Source of the DNA: Eledone cirrhosa
Taxonomy: Eukaryota
Length of the DNA stretch: 64,000 nucleotides
Assembly (NCBI GenBank): GCA_964016885.1
Contig: OZ024745.1
Location: 134,044,001 to 134,108,000 of the forward strand
Direction: 5' to 3'
Part shown: piece after piece, positions 1 through 13,853 of the stretch
How the letters are laid out: each line of letters begins with the position of its first letter
Numbering within the stretch: position 1 is the first letter of the stretch
Notes under the pieces: generated by a model
What the model was told of the DNA's origin: nothing
The model's database searches: none
What the model saw: the letters and a program-made list of their open reading frames with translations, nothing else
Translations under genes and position numbers: made by a program

Positions 1-105
<105 letters not shown>

Positions 106-231
106 TATATAAATGTCTGTGTTTATGTAACACACAGTCATTTATTTAAAGTATGAGCAAAAGTAAATGAAAATATGTTACTTAGCAACTTTTACAATAT
201 TATATATACAAGTTACACTGAAATTAAGAAG

Positions 232-281
<50 letters not shown>

Positions 282-472
282 AGAGCGTGAAACTAATAAA
301 CCTTTGTTTGTACTGCCTCTCTGTTTTTGTTCCCGTTCCAGTTTTCACTATATATTTAAAAGTACTTTCGTAATTTTTTTTTCTCATTGTCTAAGATTTT
401 TTCTATATTTTTCGAGATAATTTTTTTATATTGTTTGTTTGTTGTTTACGTATTCAGCCACCAGTAATGTTT

Positions 473-568
<96 letters not shown>

Positions 569-632
569 TATACTCTTTTACTCTTTTACCTGTTTCAGCC
601 ATCCGGCTGAGGCCATGCTGGGGCACCGCCCT
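569..632 (-). mobile_element. 3' end fragment of a SINE/RTE-tailed retroposon
   Basis: Minus strand reads AAGGGCGGTGCCCCAGCATGGCCTCAGCCGGATGGCTGAAACAGGTAAAAGAGTAAAAGAGTA, a GC-rich stem followed by a short tandem tail typical of RTE-mobilised 3' ends; it lies inside (TA)n. Confidence 0.6.
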
Positions 633-1231
<599 letters not shown>

Positions 1232-1799
1232 AAAATAAAACATTACTCGTGGCTGAATACGTAAACAACAAACAAACAATATTAAAAAATCTTGGAAAAA
1301 ATCTTAGACAATGAGAAAAAAAACTACGAAAGTACTTGAAACAAAAATGACAGTTTACTTTGAAAATAGTCAACGAGTCGCTATTGGAGATCAATTGTTA
1401 ATAAAACGAATTTAAATAGAATAAAATAAAATAAATATCGATAAAATTAGTTTTAAAAAGAACTGAACAATGTTCAAATGATAGTGTCAAGTATGGAATA
1501 CCCGAAAGGCAACATTCTGGATTGAAAAATATCATGTCTGAATAGGAATCTATGAATGGTTAATCGCATTCGGTGGGCATACGAGACATGCTTGGTCCTC
1601 GTCTCTGTCTTTTCTGTCTCCAGGGGCGGCACTTTACTATATTTATTGAGCTATTATTTATAGTTGTTAACTATTATTATAATGCTTTGCATTGTGGCAA
1701 CTATGTTTTCATATAGATGTGTATGTGTGTGTGTGTGTGTGTGGTTTAGTAGACAGGGTGTTTGGCTCAGTGAGTTGATTGTACTTGTAATTCAAAAGG

Positions 1800-2499
<700 letters not shown>

Positions 2500-3404
2500 T
2501 ATGTTTATTTATGAAGTAAGATATGTAGTCTTATGTGTATGACATTTCTTTGGTGTAATGGCGTTTTTGTGGTAAGCGTCCATTTACATTATACCAACGC
2601 TGTTGTATAGAAATGTCTTTAATATTTATATTACAGCTCAATTATATTGGAAACTATGTAATGAATGCGGCCATGAATATCACTACATGTTGTATTGGCA
2701 TCAATAAATATATGCAATGAATTATTTCTTACGACGACGATCGGGAGATTATAGAAACAACCTTTACATAACGAAAAGTTTAACAACATTCAACGATTGT
2801 CTACTTCTCGGGTTCTCAGGGTAAATTAAACAGTTTGTGTTTGTTTCTCCAGCCAAAATGTTTCTAAAAGAAAACTTTAAAAATCTCTTCGCATTCACCA
2901 TTTGCTTTGTGATGATCTGCCAAAACGATTATTGTGAATAGCAGTCTTGTAATGCACATAGACAAATCTCTCGACTAGCCTCCAGGTGAAGTGAAGCTAT
3001 ATCTACTTATGATTTGCTACTTTGTTTGGCTCAAGGACCTAGTAAGTTTTATCAGCGTACAATTCTTAATCATCTGTAAGAATTCAAGTAAATTTGGCCA
3101 ACATCCTAAACTGTGTGTAATATAACCCTGTGATGTGAAAAACATTTTATTTCGAAGCCGTTATCAACTATGTATTGAATAAAGTATTCTGATATTTGTA
3201 TTAAGTAATAAGCAAGAATAAATTGCCGTTTATTTCAACGTCATTAGTTCTTTAAAACAGTAAAAAAAAATCACTTATACAGAGATATAACTAATTATTT
3301 CACTGCATCTCAAATGATATTAAAATACCTCAAAATGATTCTTCTACACTATAATTGTTTCAGTTACAACACACAATCTCAAATTGCCAAATAATTCCAA
3401 CTCG

Positions 3405-3495
<91 letters not shown>

Positions 3496-3639
3496 AGTAA
3501 GAATATTTCGAAACAGCGAGTGGGTTTGAAATTATTAGAAATGTAAGCTATCGCCGTATTTTGAATAAAGAAATTAAAGAAATTATTTAGCCTGATAGTG
3601 GGGTTAAATGGAAAAAGATGAGTATTGACGTACATGGGA

Positions 3640-3677
<38 letters not shown>

Positions 3678-3682
<5 letters not shown>

Positions 3683-3792
3683 AACGAGTAGGACCCCGAC
3701 GGCTGAGCTCAAGCCGTTTCGACGGCTAATTCGTCCATAATTAGCCGTCGAAACGGCTTGAGCTCAGCCGTCGGGGTCCTACTCGTTCCTAT
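3678..3792. repeat. Perfect ~54-bp-arm palindrome containing the 3' half of a hammerhead ribozyme in each arm
   Basis: Arms 3678-3731 and 3739-3792, loop CGTCCAT. The right arm reads stem II-GAAA-CGGCT(TGAGCTC)AGCCG-TC|GGGG (stem III and GUC site); CTGANGA is absent. Confidence 0.85.
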
Positions 3793-3868
3793 TACCCACT
3801 CTACTACCCTAAGTATTGAGTACTTTCGTGCGTTATGGTCCACCTGGTTCCTTACCACATTTCCTTCG

Positions 3869-3966
<98 letters not shown>

Positions 3967-4117
3967 ACACGGGTGTGTATGATTGTGTATAGAAGATTAT
4001 ATTAATAAGAGGAATTCCAACTTTGTCTGATTTACTCGTTTTATTTACAATCCTTTAAAATTTTTAATGGTATTATAATGAAATAGTATGGTAGAATATT
4101 AAATGTTAAGTGTTAAT

Positions 4118-4156
4118 TGAACAAGTACTTTCATGCTTTCGCAATCTTCAGGTTCA
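4118..4156 (-). ncRNA. Minimal type-I hammerhead ribozyme
   Basis: Minus strand: TGAAC-CTGAAGA-T-TGC(GAAA)GCA-T-GAAA-GTAC-TT|GTTCA. Stem I is 5 bp perfect and stem III is palindromic, as in PLE HHRs. It forms the left arm of the 4133-4268 fold-back. Confidence 0.8.
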
Positions 4157-4282
4157 TAATATGTGGTGACAGTCAAGTTTGCAATTTTCAACTTTGCAAA
4201 TTTCAAACAGTTGAAAATTGCAAACTTGACTGTCACCACATATTATGACCTGAAGATTGCGAAAGCATTTATATATAAATAC

Positions 4283-4361
<79 letters not shown>

Positions 4362-4408
4362 CTATATTATATATATTATATATAGCAGTAATAGATAGCA
4401 GTAATATA

Positions 4409-4593
4409 TGTTTCTACTTTAGGCACAAGGCCAGCAATTCTCCAGTACATTACTGGTACTTTATTTTATCGACCCCGTAAGGATGAAAGGCAAAGTTAAC
4501 CTCAGCGGGATTTGAACTCAAACCGTAAAGGGACGTAACTATGCTAGAAAGCATGGCGTCCAACCCTCTACCGATACTGCCAATCCACCGCCC
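4409..4593 (-). mobile_element. OK-like tRNA-derived SINE with 14-bp TSD
   Basis: Matches the window-wide family (GGCGGTGGATTGGCAG...GAGTTCAAATCC B-box...GGGGTCGATAAAATAAAGTACC). TSD ATAGCAGTAATATA at 4395-4408 and 4596-4609. Confidence 0.88.
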
Positions 4594-4684
4594 TTATAGC
4601 AGTAATATACGAAGCCAAATTTTCTTCGTCGAGTGCTCCAATCTGCATACTGAGGTGTTGGTATACAACCAACATATACTCAAA

Positions 4685-4746
<62 letters not shown>

Positions 4747-4839
4747 TATTAATTTATTAAAATAACATTAAAGTTTAAGCAAAGAATCGCCTTAACGGGA
4801 TCTTCTGAAACTAATATTATTAACTATATAACTATATAT

Positions 4840-4942
<103 letters not shown>

Positions 4943-5079
4943 TATATTATATTATATATATATACTATATATACAGTATATATTATATTATATATATATA
5001 CTATATATACAGTATATATTATATTATATATATATACTATATATATAGTATATATTATATTATATATATCTTACATCTT

Positions 5080-5268
5080 GGCGGTGGATTGGCAGTATTG
5101 GTAGAGGGTCGGACGCCATGCTTTGACGCATAGAGTTACGGCCCTTGCCATTCTGAGTTCAAATCCCGCCGAGGTTAACTTTGCCTTTCATCCGTACGGG
5201 GTCGATAAATAAAGTACCAGTAATACACTGGGTAATTGCTGGCCTTGTGCCTAACGTAGAAACAATTA
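5080..5268 (+). mobile_element. OK-like tRNA-derived SINE
   Basis: Full-length family copy with A/B-box-like motifs. Confidence 0.88.
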
Positions 5269-5295
5269 TATTATATATATCTTATATATATATCT

Positions 5296-5326
<31 letters not shown>

Positions 5327-5352
5327 CTTATATATATATATATATATTATAT

Positions 5353-5397
<45 letters not shown>

Positions 5398-5631
5398 GGG
5401 GTGAGAGATAGAGAGAGAAAGAGAGGGGATGAGAGAGAGAAAGAGAGAGAGAGAGAAGATGAAGTTGGAAATAGCAAGGAAAATATATTTAAGGGGTCTG
5501 TCTTTCTTTTTTGATTCGTCAAAGTGACATTATTGAAAAGATAGTGTTATTAAAAAAGAGAGGGACAATTCTTTTTTGAACATTTTTTTATGGAGTATAT
5601 AAAGTATATAAAGTATATAAAGTATATGAGA

Positions 5632-5674
5632 AAATTACCGGTTTCGATGTATTAAGATCCATCTTGTCAAATTC
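5632..5674 (-). ncRNA. Hammerhead ribozyme, U3-A8 core variant
   Basis: Minus strand: GAAT-TTGACAA-GATG(GATCTTAATA)CATC-GAAA-CCGG-TA|ATTT; palindromic stem III, short stem I. Confidence 0.65.
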
Positions 5675-5859
5675 AGTGAAAAGGGTTAATTAAAAAAAGG
5701 TGGAAGGAGTAAAAAAAAGTTTAAAATTAAAATCAAAATCGAATGTTTAAGTAAAATTTCTTCCATCTTTTCTCTATACCCACTGTTTTGTATAGAACCT
5801 CACTTCCCTTTTCTAATATATATATATTATATATATTATATATATATATATATTATATA

Positions 5860-5938
<79 letters not shown>

Positions 5939-5986
5939 TACTCTGGGTATAGAAATAACAGCCATAACCATAACAATGGCAGGAAA

Positions 5987-8785
5987 GTGAGAAATAGTGA
6001 TAATGGTAATAATACTAGCGATAGACAGAACAACAACAACCACAATAATAATAATAATAGAAACGTTAACCACAGACACAGCAACAGTGACCACAGTAGT
6101 AATAACGGTAACAATACGAACAACAACAACAACAATAACCACAGTGGTAATAATGGAAATAGTACATGTAGCAACATCAACAAAAACAAGAAACATAATA
6201 ATAGTAACAACCACAATGGTAGAAATAGCAGTAACAACAACAATAACGGTGAAGTAAACAACAATACATCTAGCAATCATAACAATAATAATATTAATGC
6301 TAAGGATAGAAACAACTACAACCACCATGATAACAATAATAGCAACACACACAACTATGACGATAGAAATAACGACAACCCCTTAGAGAAACTATTTTTC
6401 AACCCAGCTGACAAAACATATAAGATGGGTAATATCTATCCTACGAGGTTACCCTTTAATAAAAGAGTTTGCATACCACAACAAATAGATGACGAGACGG
6501 AGGCACAGTTCACCATAGCTAGAAATAAGATTAGACAAGTAGTAGACAGGTACACTATGAGACAGAGCAGACCAGAGGCCCAACAACTTGGGATAAAACC
6601 TGTAGAAGGCTTGGTTAGCCTCAAGCAGCGCACAAGGGATGGTGAGGTAGTGTGTCTACCCACAGATAAGTCTGGTAGGATGTCAATAGATAGCATGCCG
6701 AACTACATCGAGGCAATGCAACCCCACATCACCAACACGAGCGAAGTTGCACAACTAACACACGATGGGAGAGAAAAAATCCTCAACGCTCACATGATGA
6801 TGTGGACTGACATCCTAAAGCCAAGCAGACGCACTGCCAACAACTTCCAGGCGTCTAACAATGGCATACCACCCTTGTATGGGCTCCGCAAAGACCACAA
6901 GACAGTCGACGACCCGACAATAGGACCACCAACAAGACCTGTATGCGGAGCTAATATAGCTAGCAACTACAGGATCTCCTACTTCCTCTCAATGGTTATA
7001 CGCCCCATAATCAAGATGTCCCCAGATGTATGTGAAAGTACAGAGGACCTCCTCAGCAGAATCAGTGAGTGCAACAAAAACAGGAGCCTATCCAACTGCA
7101 TAATAGGCAGCATGGATGTGGTGTCACTGTACCCATCCATTAACATTGATTTTGCTGTGAAAAGATGTGTGGAGATGATCATTGAGAGTGAGGTGGAGTT
7201 CTGCGACGTCGACACAGACGAACTGGGCCTCCTACTTAGACTTACCTACGACACTGACTACCTAGACAGCCATGACCTTAGATGTTTCTGCCCTAGTAGA
7301 CCTATAAGAGGTAGACCCCCCACCATAACCTCAATGGCTAAAAAGACTCCCATAGGAAGGTGGATTGGGTGGACCAAAGCTATACGGACCCCCCAAAACA
7401 CTGATCAGGTAAGAAAAATGGTCGCACATGCAATAGGGGCTAGTATCAAAACTACCCTAAAGGGCCACATATTTAAGTTCAATGAGAAAATCTACACCCA
7501 AAATGAGGGAGCAGCCATCGGCGTCAGCATAGCTGGCGATGTTGCCAACCTTTTCATGGTATGGTGGGAAAGGAGACTTAAAGATCTCCTTAATGAAAGC
7601 TCCATAGACCTCATCATGTACTCTCGTTATGTAGACGATATCAATATAGTTATAAGAACACCCCCACTAGAGAGCACTAACAAGTTTGATTTAGAACGTA
7701 GCACGATGGAAAGCATCCAGCAGATAGCTAATTCCATACACCAGAGTATAACTGTAACTATAGACTTCCCTTCCAAACACCCTAACAATAGACTACCTGT
7801 ATTAGACACAGAACTCTGGATTAACACTATAGACGAGAGAGCCCAAATTCTCCACTCACACTATGCTAAACCCATGGCCTCCAAATACCTGATACTCAAA
7901 AACTCAGCAATGTCCAGTAGTGCTAAGTTTAATATTCTGATCGCAGATTTGGTACGAGTGATGAAGAATGTGTCCCGCATGTGCGACCCAACAGAAATGG
8001 AAGGACACATCCAACACTTCATCAACCGCATGCAGTTCTCTGGCTACAACCAAAGAGACAGAGTCAGAGTATACGAAGGAGCCATGGAAAAGTATAAGAC
8101 CCTCATAGAACTGGACATGAAAGGAATTTGCCCACTATACAGGAGCAAATCATGGAATAGCTTAGATAGGGCTAGACATAAGATAGGGAAGGCCACATCA
8201 TGGTACGACAACCAGAGATATCAGAGTGTCATGTTTGTGGACGCCACCCCTGGAGGGAAATTAGCTAACCAGTGTAGAAAGGCCCTGAGAAAGACCCACT
8301 TAAAAATAAAGGTGGTAGAAAAGCCAGGAACCACCATAAAATCCTTGATCAGCAAAACCTACCCTTTTAAGAAAACCCACTGTACCAATAGGAAATGTAT
8401 CATATGTAAGGTGAACCCCCGGATAAACTGTAAAACTAGAAACGTAGTCTATAGCATAAGATGTACAGAGGGTACTTGCAGAAACACGACAACAACATAC
8501 ATAGGTGAGACAGCTCGTAGCATAGGTGAAAGGATAGACCAACACTGGGGGGAACTAAAAGGACGAAAAAACGGGTCAGTACTATACGAACATGCTAGAC
8601 AACATCATGACGGTAACATAGACAACATAGAAATTAGAATAATATCTAAACATAGGAATGACCCAGCAGATAGGCAAATCAGAGAGGCCAGTGAAATAGA
8701 AATTAGAAGACCAAAGCTAAACAGAAAGAATGAGTGGAACAACAACAACACCCAAACAAACAACACTGACCTAAGAGAAGTATAA
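5987..8785 (+). CDS. PLE polyprotein: Asn-rich N-terminus, reverse transcriptase, Cys-rich linker, GIY-YIG endonuclease
   Basis: Motifs GSMDVVSLYPSI, QNEGAAIG..AGDVANLFM, YSRYVDD, LPVLD, CxxxxCxxC..CKTRNVVYSIRC, YIGETARSIGERIDQH, RQIREA, LNRKNEW. The frame stays open back to the (TA)n junction (5936), so the true start is missing. Confidence 0.93.
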   Translation: MRNSDNGNNTSDRQNNNNHNNNNNRNVNHRHSNSDHSSNNGNNTNNNNNNNHSGNNGNSTCSNINKNKKHNNSNNHNGRNSSNNNNNGEVNNNTSSNHNNNNINAKDRNNYNHHDNNNSNTHNYDDRNNDNPLEKLFFNPADKTYKMGNIYPTRLPFNKRVCIPQQIDDETEAQFTIARNKIRQVVDRYTMRQSRPEAQQLGIKPVEGLVSLKQRTRDGEVVCLPTDKSGRMSIDSMPNYIEAMQPHITNTSEVAQLTHDGREKILNAHMMMWTDILKPSRRTANNFQASNNGIPPLYGLRKDHKTVDDPTIGPPTRPVCGANIASNYRISYFLSMVIRPIIKMSPDVCESTEDLLSRISECNKNRSLSNCIIGSMDVVSLYPSINIDFAVKRCVEMIIESEVEFCDVDTDELGLLLRLTYDTDYLDSHDLRCFCPSRPIRGRPPTITSMAKKTPIGRWIGWTKAIRTPQNTDQVRKMVAHAIGASIKTTLKGHIFKFNEKIYTQNEGAAIGVSIAGDVANLFMVWWERRLKDLLNESSIDLIMYSRYVDDINIVIRTPPLESTNKFDLERSTMESIQQIANSIHQSITVTIDFPSKHPNNRLPVLDTELWINTIDERAQILHSHYAKPMASKYLILKNSAMSSSAKFNILIADLVRVMKNVSRMCDPTEMEGHIQHFINRMQFSGYNQRDRVRVYEGAMEKYKTLIELDMKGICPLYRSKSWNSLDRARHKIGKATSWYDNQRYQSVMFVDATPGGKLANQCRKALRKTHLKIKVVEKPGTTIKSLISKTYPFKKTHCTNRKCIICKVNPRINCKTRNVVYSIRCTEGTCRNTTTTYIGETARSIGERIDQHWGELKGRKNGSVLYEHARQHHDGNIDNIEIRIISKHRNDPADRQIREASEIEIRRPKLNRKNEWNNNNTQTNNTDLREV

Positions 8786-9051
8786 ATAAATAAGTAAATT
8801 AAATTAAATAAAATAAGATAAATAAATACATACACAAGCACATAAACACACACTAGTCACCCAGCAGACACAACACTATACACACTAGTCACACATCACA
8901 CATAACACTATACACACACGCAAACGCATGCGCAAAGAAGACAAAATAAAATAAGATAAACAAACAAGCAAATAAATAAATAAATATATAGACAGACTGA
9001 ACAAAAAAAAATGGCGTAGACATACAACACAACAGGAGGAACAATGAATAT

Positions 9052-9098
9052 AACACCACTGACGATGTTGCAGATGTGCAACGAAAGATTTATGTAAA
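9052..9098 (+). ncRNA. Hammerhead ribozyme core in PLE 3' UTR (stem I degenerate)
   Basis: CTGACGA-T-GTTGCA(GATG)TGCAAC-GAAA-GATT-TA, on the sense strand downstream of the ORF as expected for PLE pLTRs; only about 2 bp of stem I are evident. Confidence 0.65.
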
Positions 9099-9298
9099 CT
9101 ATATATATATGTGTTTGTCTATATTGTATCTGTATTATTTTTGACCGCCGGTCAGTCAATGGCAACATTGAGGACCGAGTAAGTTAGATCGCAGACATAT
9201 ATATATAAAAGACAGCGAGAAGCGAAAACCAACCAAACAGTGAGTGTGTTCTGTTATTAATTCTGGCAATATTACGCAAATATGACCCTCCCCAAATA

Positions 9299-9338
<40 letters not shown>

Positions 9339-9339
9339 A

Positions 9340-10165
9340 TAATATATATATATATATTATATATATGTAATATGAGCTTCCAATGTGTAATATATAAATT
9401 ATATATGGGAAGCTCATAGAAACAATGCAAAGTATGTGCTTAACAAATATATAAAAGATACATATGAAGATGTACATGCAAAAATACATAAAACATTACA
9501 TAATGGAATACGTGGATAAAACACACACTACATAAAAATATATATATGCAGGGAATGCGCAAAAACAGTTTGTAATGGAATATGGTACTGTGGCTGAAAC
9601 AGAGTGCATTAGTGATGGGTGAGACAGGATTGAGTATACCCATGGAAATTAAACCGCCGTGTCCTGGCTATTGCGACGGCGGTATTTAAAATAAAGTACA
9701 GAACCAAATGTGTAGCATTGGGTATGTCGACATGCCCCACACGGCATACATAATCATCAAAGGTATGATGTCGGATCCCATGGACCACCGTCGCCACCCC
9801 GACTGACATACGCGCCCCCATATGGCTCTAGTTGGAGCCATCAGGGAGTTCCCATGAGGAGAGTGTGCACTTTCGTTGGTGTCTACATGCCATGACGATC
9901 TCCGATTTCAGGTTGACTGCGTCATCCTTTAACCTCACTATCTCCATGGCCTCCGACAGGCACAGCCTGCACTTCCCCTCGCCGGCCGAGTATTCATTAG
10001 CTCTTTGACGATACTCCAGTTGAGATCGTGCGTGGTGCCGGTGTCCTTCAAGTCCCATATCAGGTCTGCCAGTCTAGTGGAGTTTCTCTTGCTCCGGTCC
10101 TTGAAAATGTTCGTGTGATTGTACATCCTCGATTTAAAGGTCGTGGATGCTGCGCCAATGTAGTT
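9340..10165 (-). mobile_element. Hydra-type PLE 3' fragment (GIY-YIG C-terminus + 3' UTR), frameshifted
   Basis: YIGAASTTFKSRMYNHTNIF..TRLADLIWDLK..LNWS joined by a frameshift to CRLCLSEAMEI..VNLKSEIVMACRH. Confidence 0.82.
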
Positions 10166-10177
10166 CGACCGCCAACT

Positions 10178-10820
10178 AGTGCAGGCGATTGATGCTCCTG
10201 GGGGGGCCGGGAGGAGTACATGGAGGCAGAGCCACCAACCTCGGCGCAGACCCCACGGTAGCCGATCTACCCAGTACTCGACAACTAAGTCGACAGCAAG
10301 GAACCCACCGCACCGGCAGAACAACACCCAGTAGATCGGGAGAACACCGCAAATAGACCAGGACCCCGTGTAAGGATTGAGCAACATACAACCCGAACAG
10401 CTGCCGAGTGGGCACACAAGGAACCCACCGCACCGGCAGAACAACACCCAGTAGATCGGGAGAACACCGCAAATAGACCAGGACCCCGTGTAAGGATTGA
10501 GCAACATACAACCCGAACAGCTGCCGAGTGGGCACACAAGGAACCCACCGCACCGGCAGAACAACACCCAGTAGATCGGGAGAACACCGCAAATAGACCA
10601 GGACCCCGTGTAAGGATTGAGCAACATACAACCCGAACAGCTGCCGAGTGGGCACACAATGCCTTCTGCAGGGAAGTTGCCTAACGAAGGGCGTTGTCTA
10701 TAAATGTGTGTTTAGCACGCATAACATCAAGCCCACCTACATCGGCGCAGCATCCACGACCTTAAATCGAGGATGTTGAATCACACAAACTCTTTCAACG
10801 ACCAGAGCAAGAGGCACTCC
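10178..10820 (+). mobile_element. Hydra-type PLE linker + GIY-YIG N-terminus, inverted relative to the neighbouring fragment
   Basis: Plus frame near 10630-10760 reads NSCRVGTQCLLQGSCLTKGVVYKCVFSTHNIKPTYIGAASTT, then after a frameshift KSRMLNHTNSFND. Confidence 0.8.
10297..10659 (+). repeat. 3 x 120-bp identical tandem repeat
   Basis: CAAGGAACCCACCG...GGGCACA repeated exactly at 120-bp spacing. Confidence 0.97.
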
Positions 10821-10827
10821 ATATTTA

Positions 10828-10993
10828 AATGTAATCTGAGTTTTTCGAATATTAATAATAATATTCTATTCGTTTGCAATTGTGCAAACAAGCCACATTT
10901 TTAAAGCCTTATCAGAAGAATGAGCCCCTCATTATTGCTCTTGTGTTGGCATGTAAACAGAACTGCAGACACTAATGTTTCTGGGTATTACCC
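10828..10993 (-). mobile_element. Short non-coding repeat (HHR 3' half); second copy at 29156-29310 (+)
   Basis: Shared sequence TTAGTGTCTGCAGTTCTGTTTA...TATTCGAAAA..CTCAGATTACAT; minus strand has GAAA-CA(TTAG)TG-TC. Confidence 0.7.
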
Positions 10994-11051
10994 TTTTTTA
11001 TATATGTGTAGATATTTATATATATATGTGAGTGAGTGTTTGTTTGTGTAC

Positions 11052-11093
<42 letters not shown>

Positions 11094-12634
11094 AAGTGCG
11101 TGTAAGTGTATGTGTGTTTTTGTGTGTGAGAGAGTGTGTGTTTGTGTGTGTGCGTGAGTGTGAGAGGGTGTTTGTGTGTGAATATGTGTGAGTGTGTGTA
11201 ATGTTTATACAGTATTGATGACTACGTATGAATCCCCATCGCTATTCCTAGTTTGGCTTAGTCTCCCTAAGAAAATCGAATTATGAGCTGCTGCTAAACC
11301 TCGTTTGATTTTGGGTAGATAGTACTATTTAGCATACATCATCTGTTAATCGATAGGTTTTGATCCCTAAAACCTTGTGTTTAATCTGAACTCTCGTGAC
11401 CTCAATTTCTCTCCGGTTCAAATGTTATTTTCTGATCTAGACCATTTATATCTGTTTCGTGTTCCTTCCAATGTTTGTCAAAATTTGGCAATAATTTTCG
11501 TTGTTTACTTCTTAGATACTGGCACCTCCTCCTAATTTCAAGGCATCAATTTAATATTTTCTTTAAAATAAACATTTATTTATTTTCAAAAAAGAAACTA
11601 AGGCTTAAAAAATTGCTTTAATAGAAATAATCGTTGGTTTCATGTTGTAACACGGCAGACATAATTGATTATATTTATGAAAATATACTTTAATATATAT
11701 ATATATATAGCTTTTAAAATTTTGCTGCAAATATTCATTTAAGTTTCACAATCATACAAATCTACCTTAGTCATTTTATGTGTATTCTCTATTTTTCTTT
11801 ACATTGCTTCAAAAATTAATGAGATTTTTTAATAAACAATTTGTTCAATATTATAGAATTTTCGAAAACTCTAAAACAATCAATTATAAAATATATATCA
11901 CATTACTTAATTATTGATGTAACAGTTGTTGTTGTTCTTATTCTGTTTCTCTGTTGGCGTTGTTGCTGATGATGATGTTGATGCTGGTATTATCAGCGTT
12001 GCTTTCATTGTTGTTCTTGTTTATTTTGATCTCATTATAAAATGTAAATTCTACCATGTCAGGATTTTGAACACAATATATAAAAGAACGAAACTAAACT
12101 CGATAAATATCCTTGAATTAAATCTTCTTTCCATAAACAGGAAATTTGTATATGGCCAATTAACTTTCCCAAAATATTTAAATATATTTTTACAAGGTAG
12201 GATCCAATCTGGAGCCAATACTGTTGTACTAAACATTTTCTCCATCCCTTTTCCATTCAAGCAATTTCTAATCCTAACCGTAACACTCGCCTTAAAAGTG
12301 TTAGTTATTGTTTTCTAAAACAATACTTCAACTGGTATCTACTTGTCTTAAGAGACCCAGAATAATGAAGAGCAAATTGAACGCAAAGGAAAGCAAATTT
12401 ATTTTACAAATCATTTTTTTCCAACGCTTTATTGATTTTGCTAATCCACAGTTCTGATTTTACACATTTTTATAAAAACTCTACTTTGTAGACAGACATG
12501 ATACAATTCCTACATCAGAGAACTCATTACAATAGCCACCTTTAACTTATTCCACCATTGTACGTTCATCAACAACTGACTATAAATAAACATTGTTATT
12601 TTCCTTGACTGGACCGTATAATCCAATCAAAATA

Positions 12635-12779
<145 letters not shown>

Positions 12780-13379
12780 CACCGTCTGTCTGTGTATTTG
12801 TCTGTGCATCTGTCTCTGAATGTGGTTCTGGAAAGAAACACATTTTAAAAGGATTTTTTTCTAAACCAAGAAAAAAATGTAAAAGTTTTAGATTTGATAT
12901 GAAGATAAATTGATGTAAGGAATTATACATTTTGAAGTCATAAACTGTAAAGAATTATTGCCTGAGAATCAACTGATCACGTCAGTAGACTGTGAAGAAG
13001 ATGTTTCTCTTTAAATGTTTTACTCAATGTTTAAGCACCTCATTTATAGAGATGTATTATTATTCACTTTTCAAAAGTTTAGGTGTAATATACCTTTCGT
13101 ACTAAATTTAGTCAGACAACCATTTTTTTTATTTTTTATACACCAATCTATAAATCAGAACGTATTTTTGTTGTTTCAGGCACCATTTTTCTTTATTTCT
13201 TGTTTGTTTTTGTTGCTGATTTTCTGTTTCTTTTTATTTGTTATTTGCTTTTCTTTAATCGTTGCAACATTTAGTTTAGATGGGGTTATTTAGTAGAGTA
13301 AAAGTGATTTCAGAGGATGTGTTTATATGATTCACAATTCACGGCTTACCACCGATGTACACCCGTCGAATACCTCCAA

Positions 13380-13551
13380 TAAGCACTCCAGACTCACTTC
13401 CCTACTCGCCACCATTGGCGCTGAGCTGGCCAGCCGCAAGTGTGAGCCTCGCGAGTTGGAATGGCTTTTCCAGCGCGTCTACCTTGCCGTCCTCCGTGGA
13501 AACGCCTTCTCTATTCTGTCCGCCGGGGCTGTGGCGAGGCCACCAATATGA
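13380..13551 (+). mobile_element. CRE-clade non-LTR retrotransposon 3' fragment (restriction-like endonuclease end)
   Basis: LLATIGAELASRKCEPRELEWLFQRVYLAVLRGNAFSIL; homologous to 47990-48250. Confidence 0.72.
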
Positions 13552-13762
13552 TTGACTGACTTGTCATTTTATCAGTCAGATGTTTTTATATCCATTGTAT
13601 GAATAACATTACAGAAATATCCCGCTTAAAGAGTGTAATTGAGTGAGCCTGTCGTCTCTGTTTTCCTCTCTAATTAATTTCTATTGATTTGTTGCTTTTG
13701 TATGATGAATCATATTCATTATATAAATTACGTTTAGCACTCCAGATAGTTCACAATTATAA

Positions 13763-13853
<91 letters not shown>

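Larger units (their letters stand above)
5936..9302 (+). mobile_element. Penelope-like retroelement (Neptune/Nematis-like), 5'-truncated at (TA)n
   Basis: RT+GIY-YIG ORF, 3' UTR with an HHR core at 9059, (TA)n on both sides. Confidence 0.92.

Noticed and set aside
10176-10659. Minus-strand ORFs with 40-aa repeats
   Set aside because: They are antisense readings of the 120-bp repeat; only the part of the 9938-10657 ORF below about 10165 is real endonuclease sequence.
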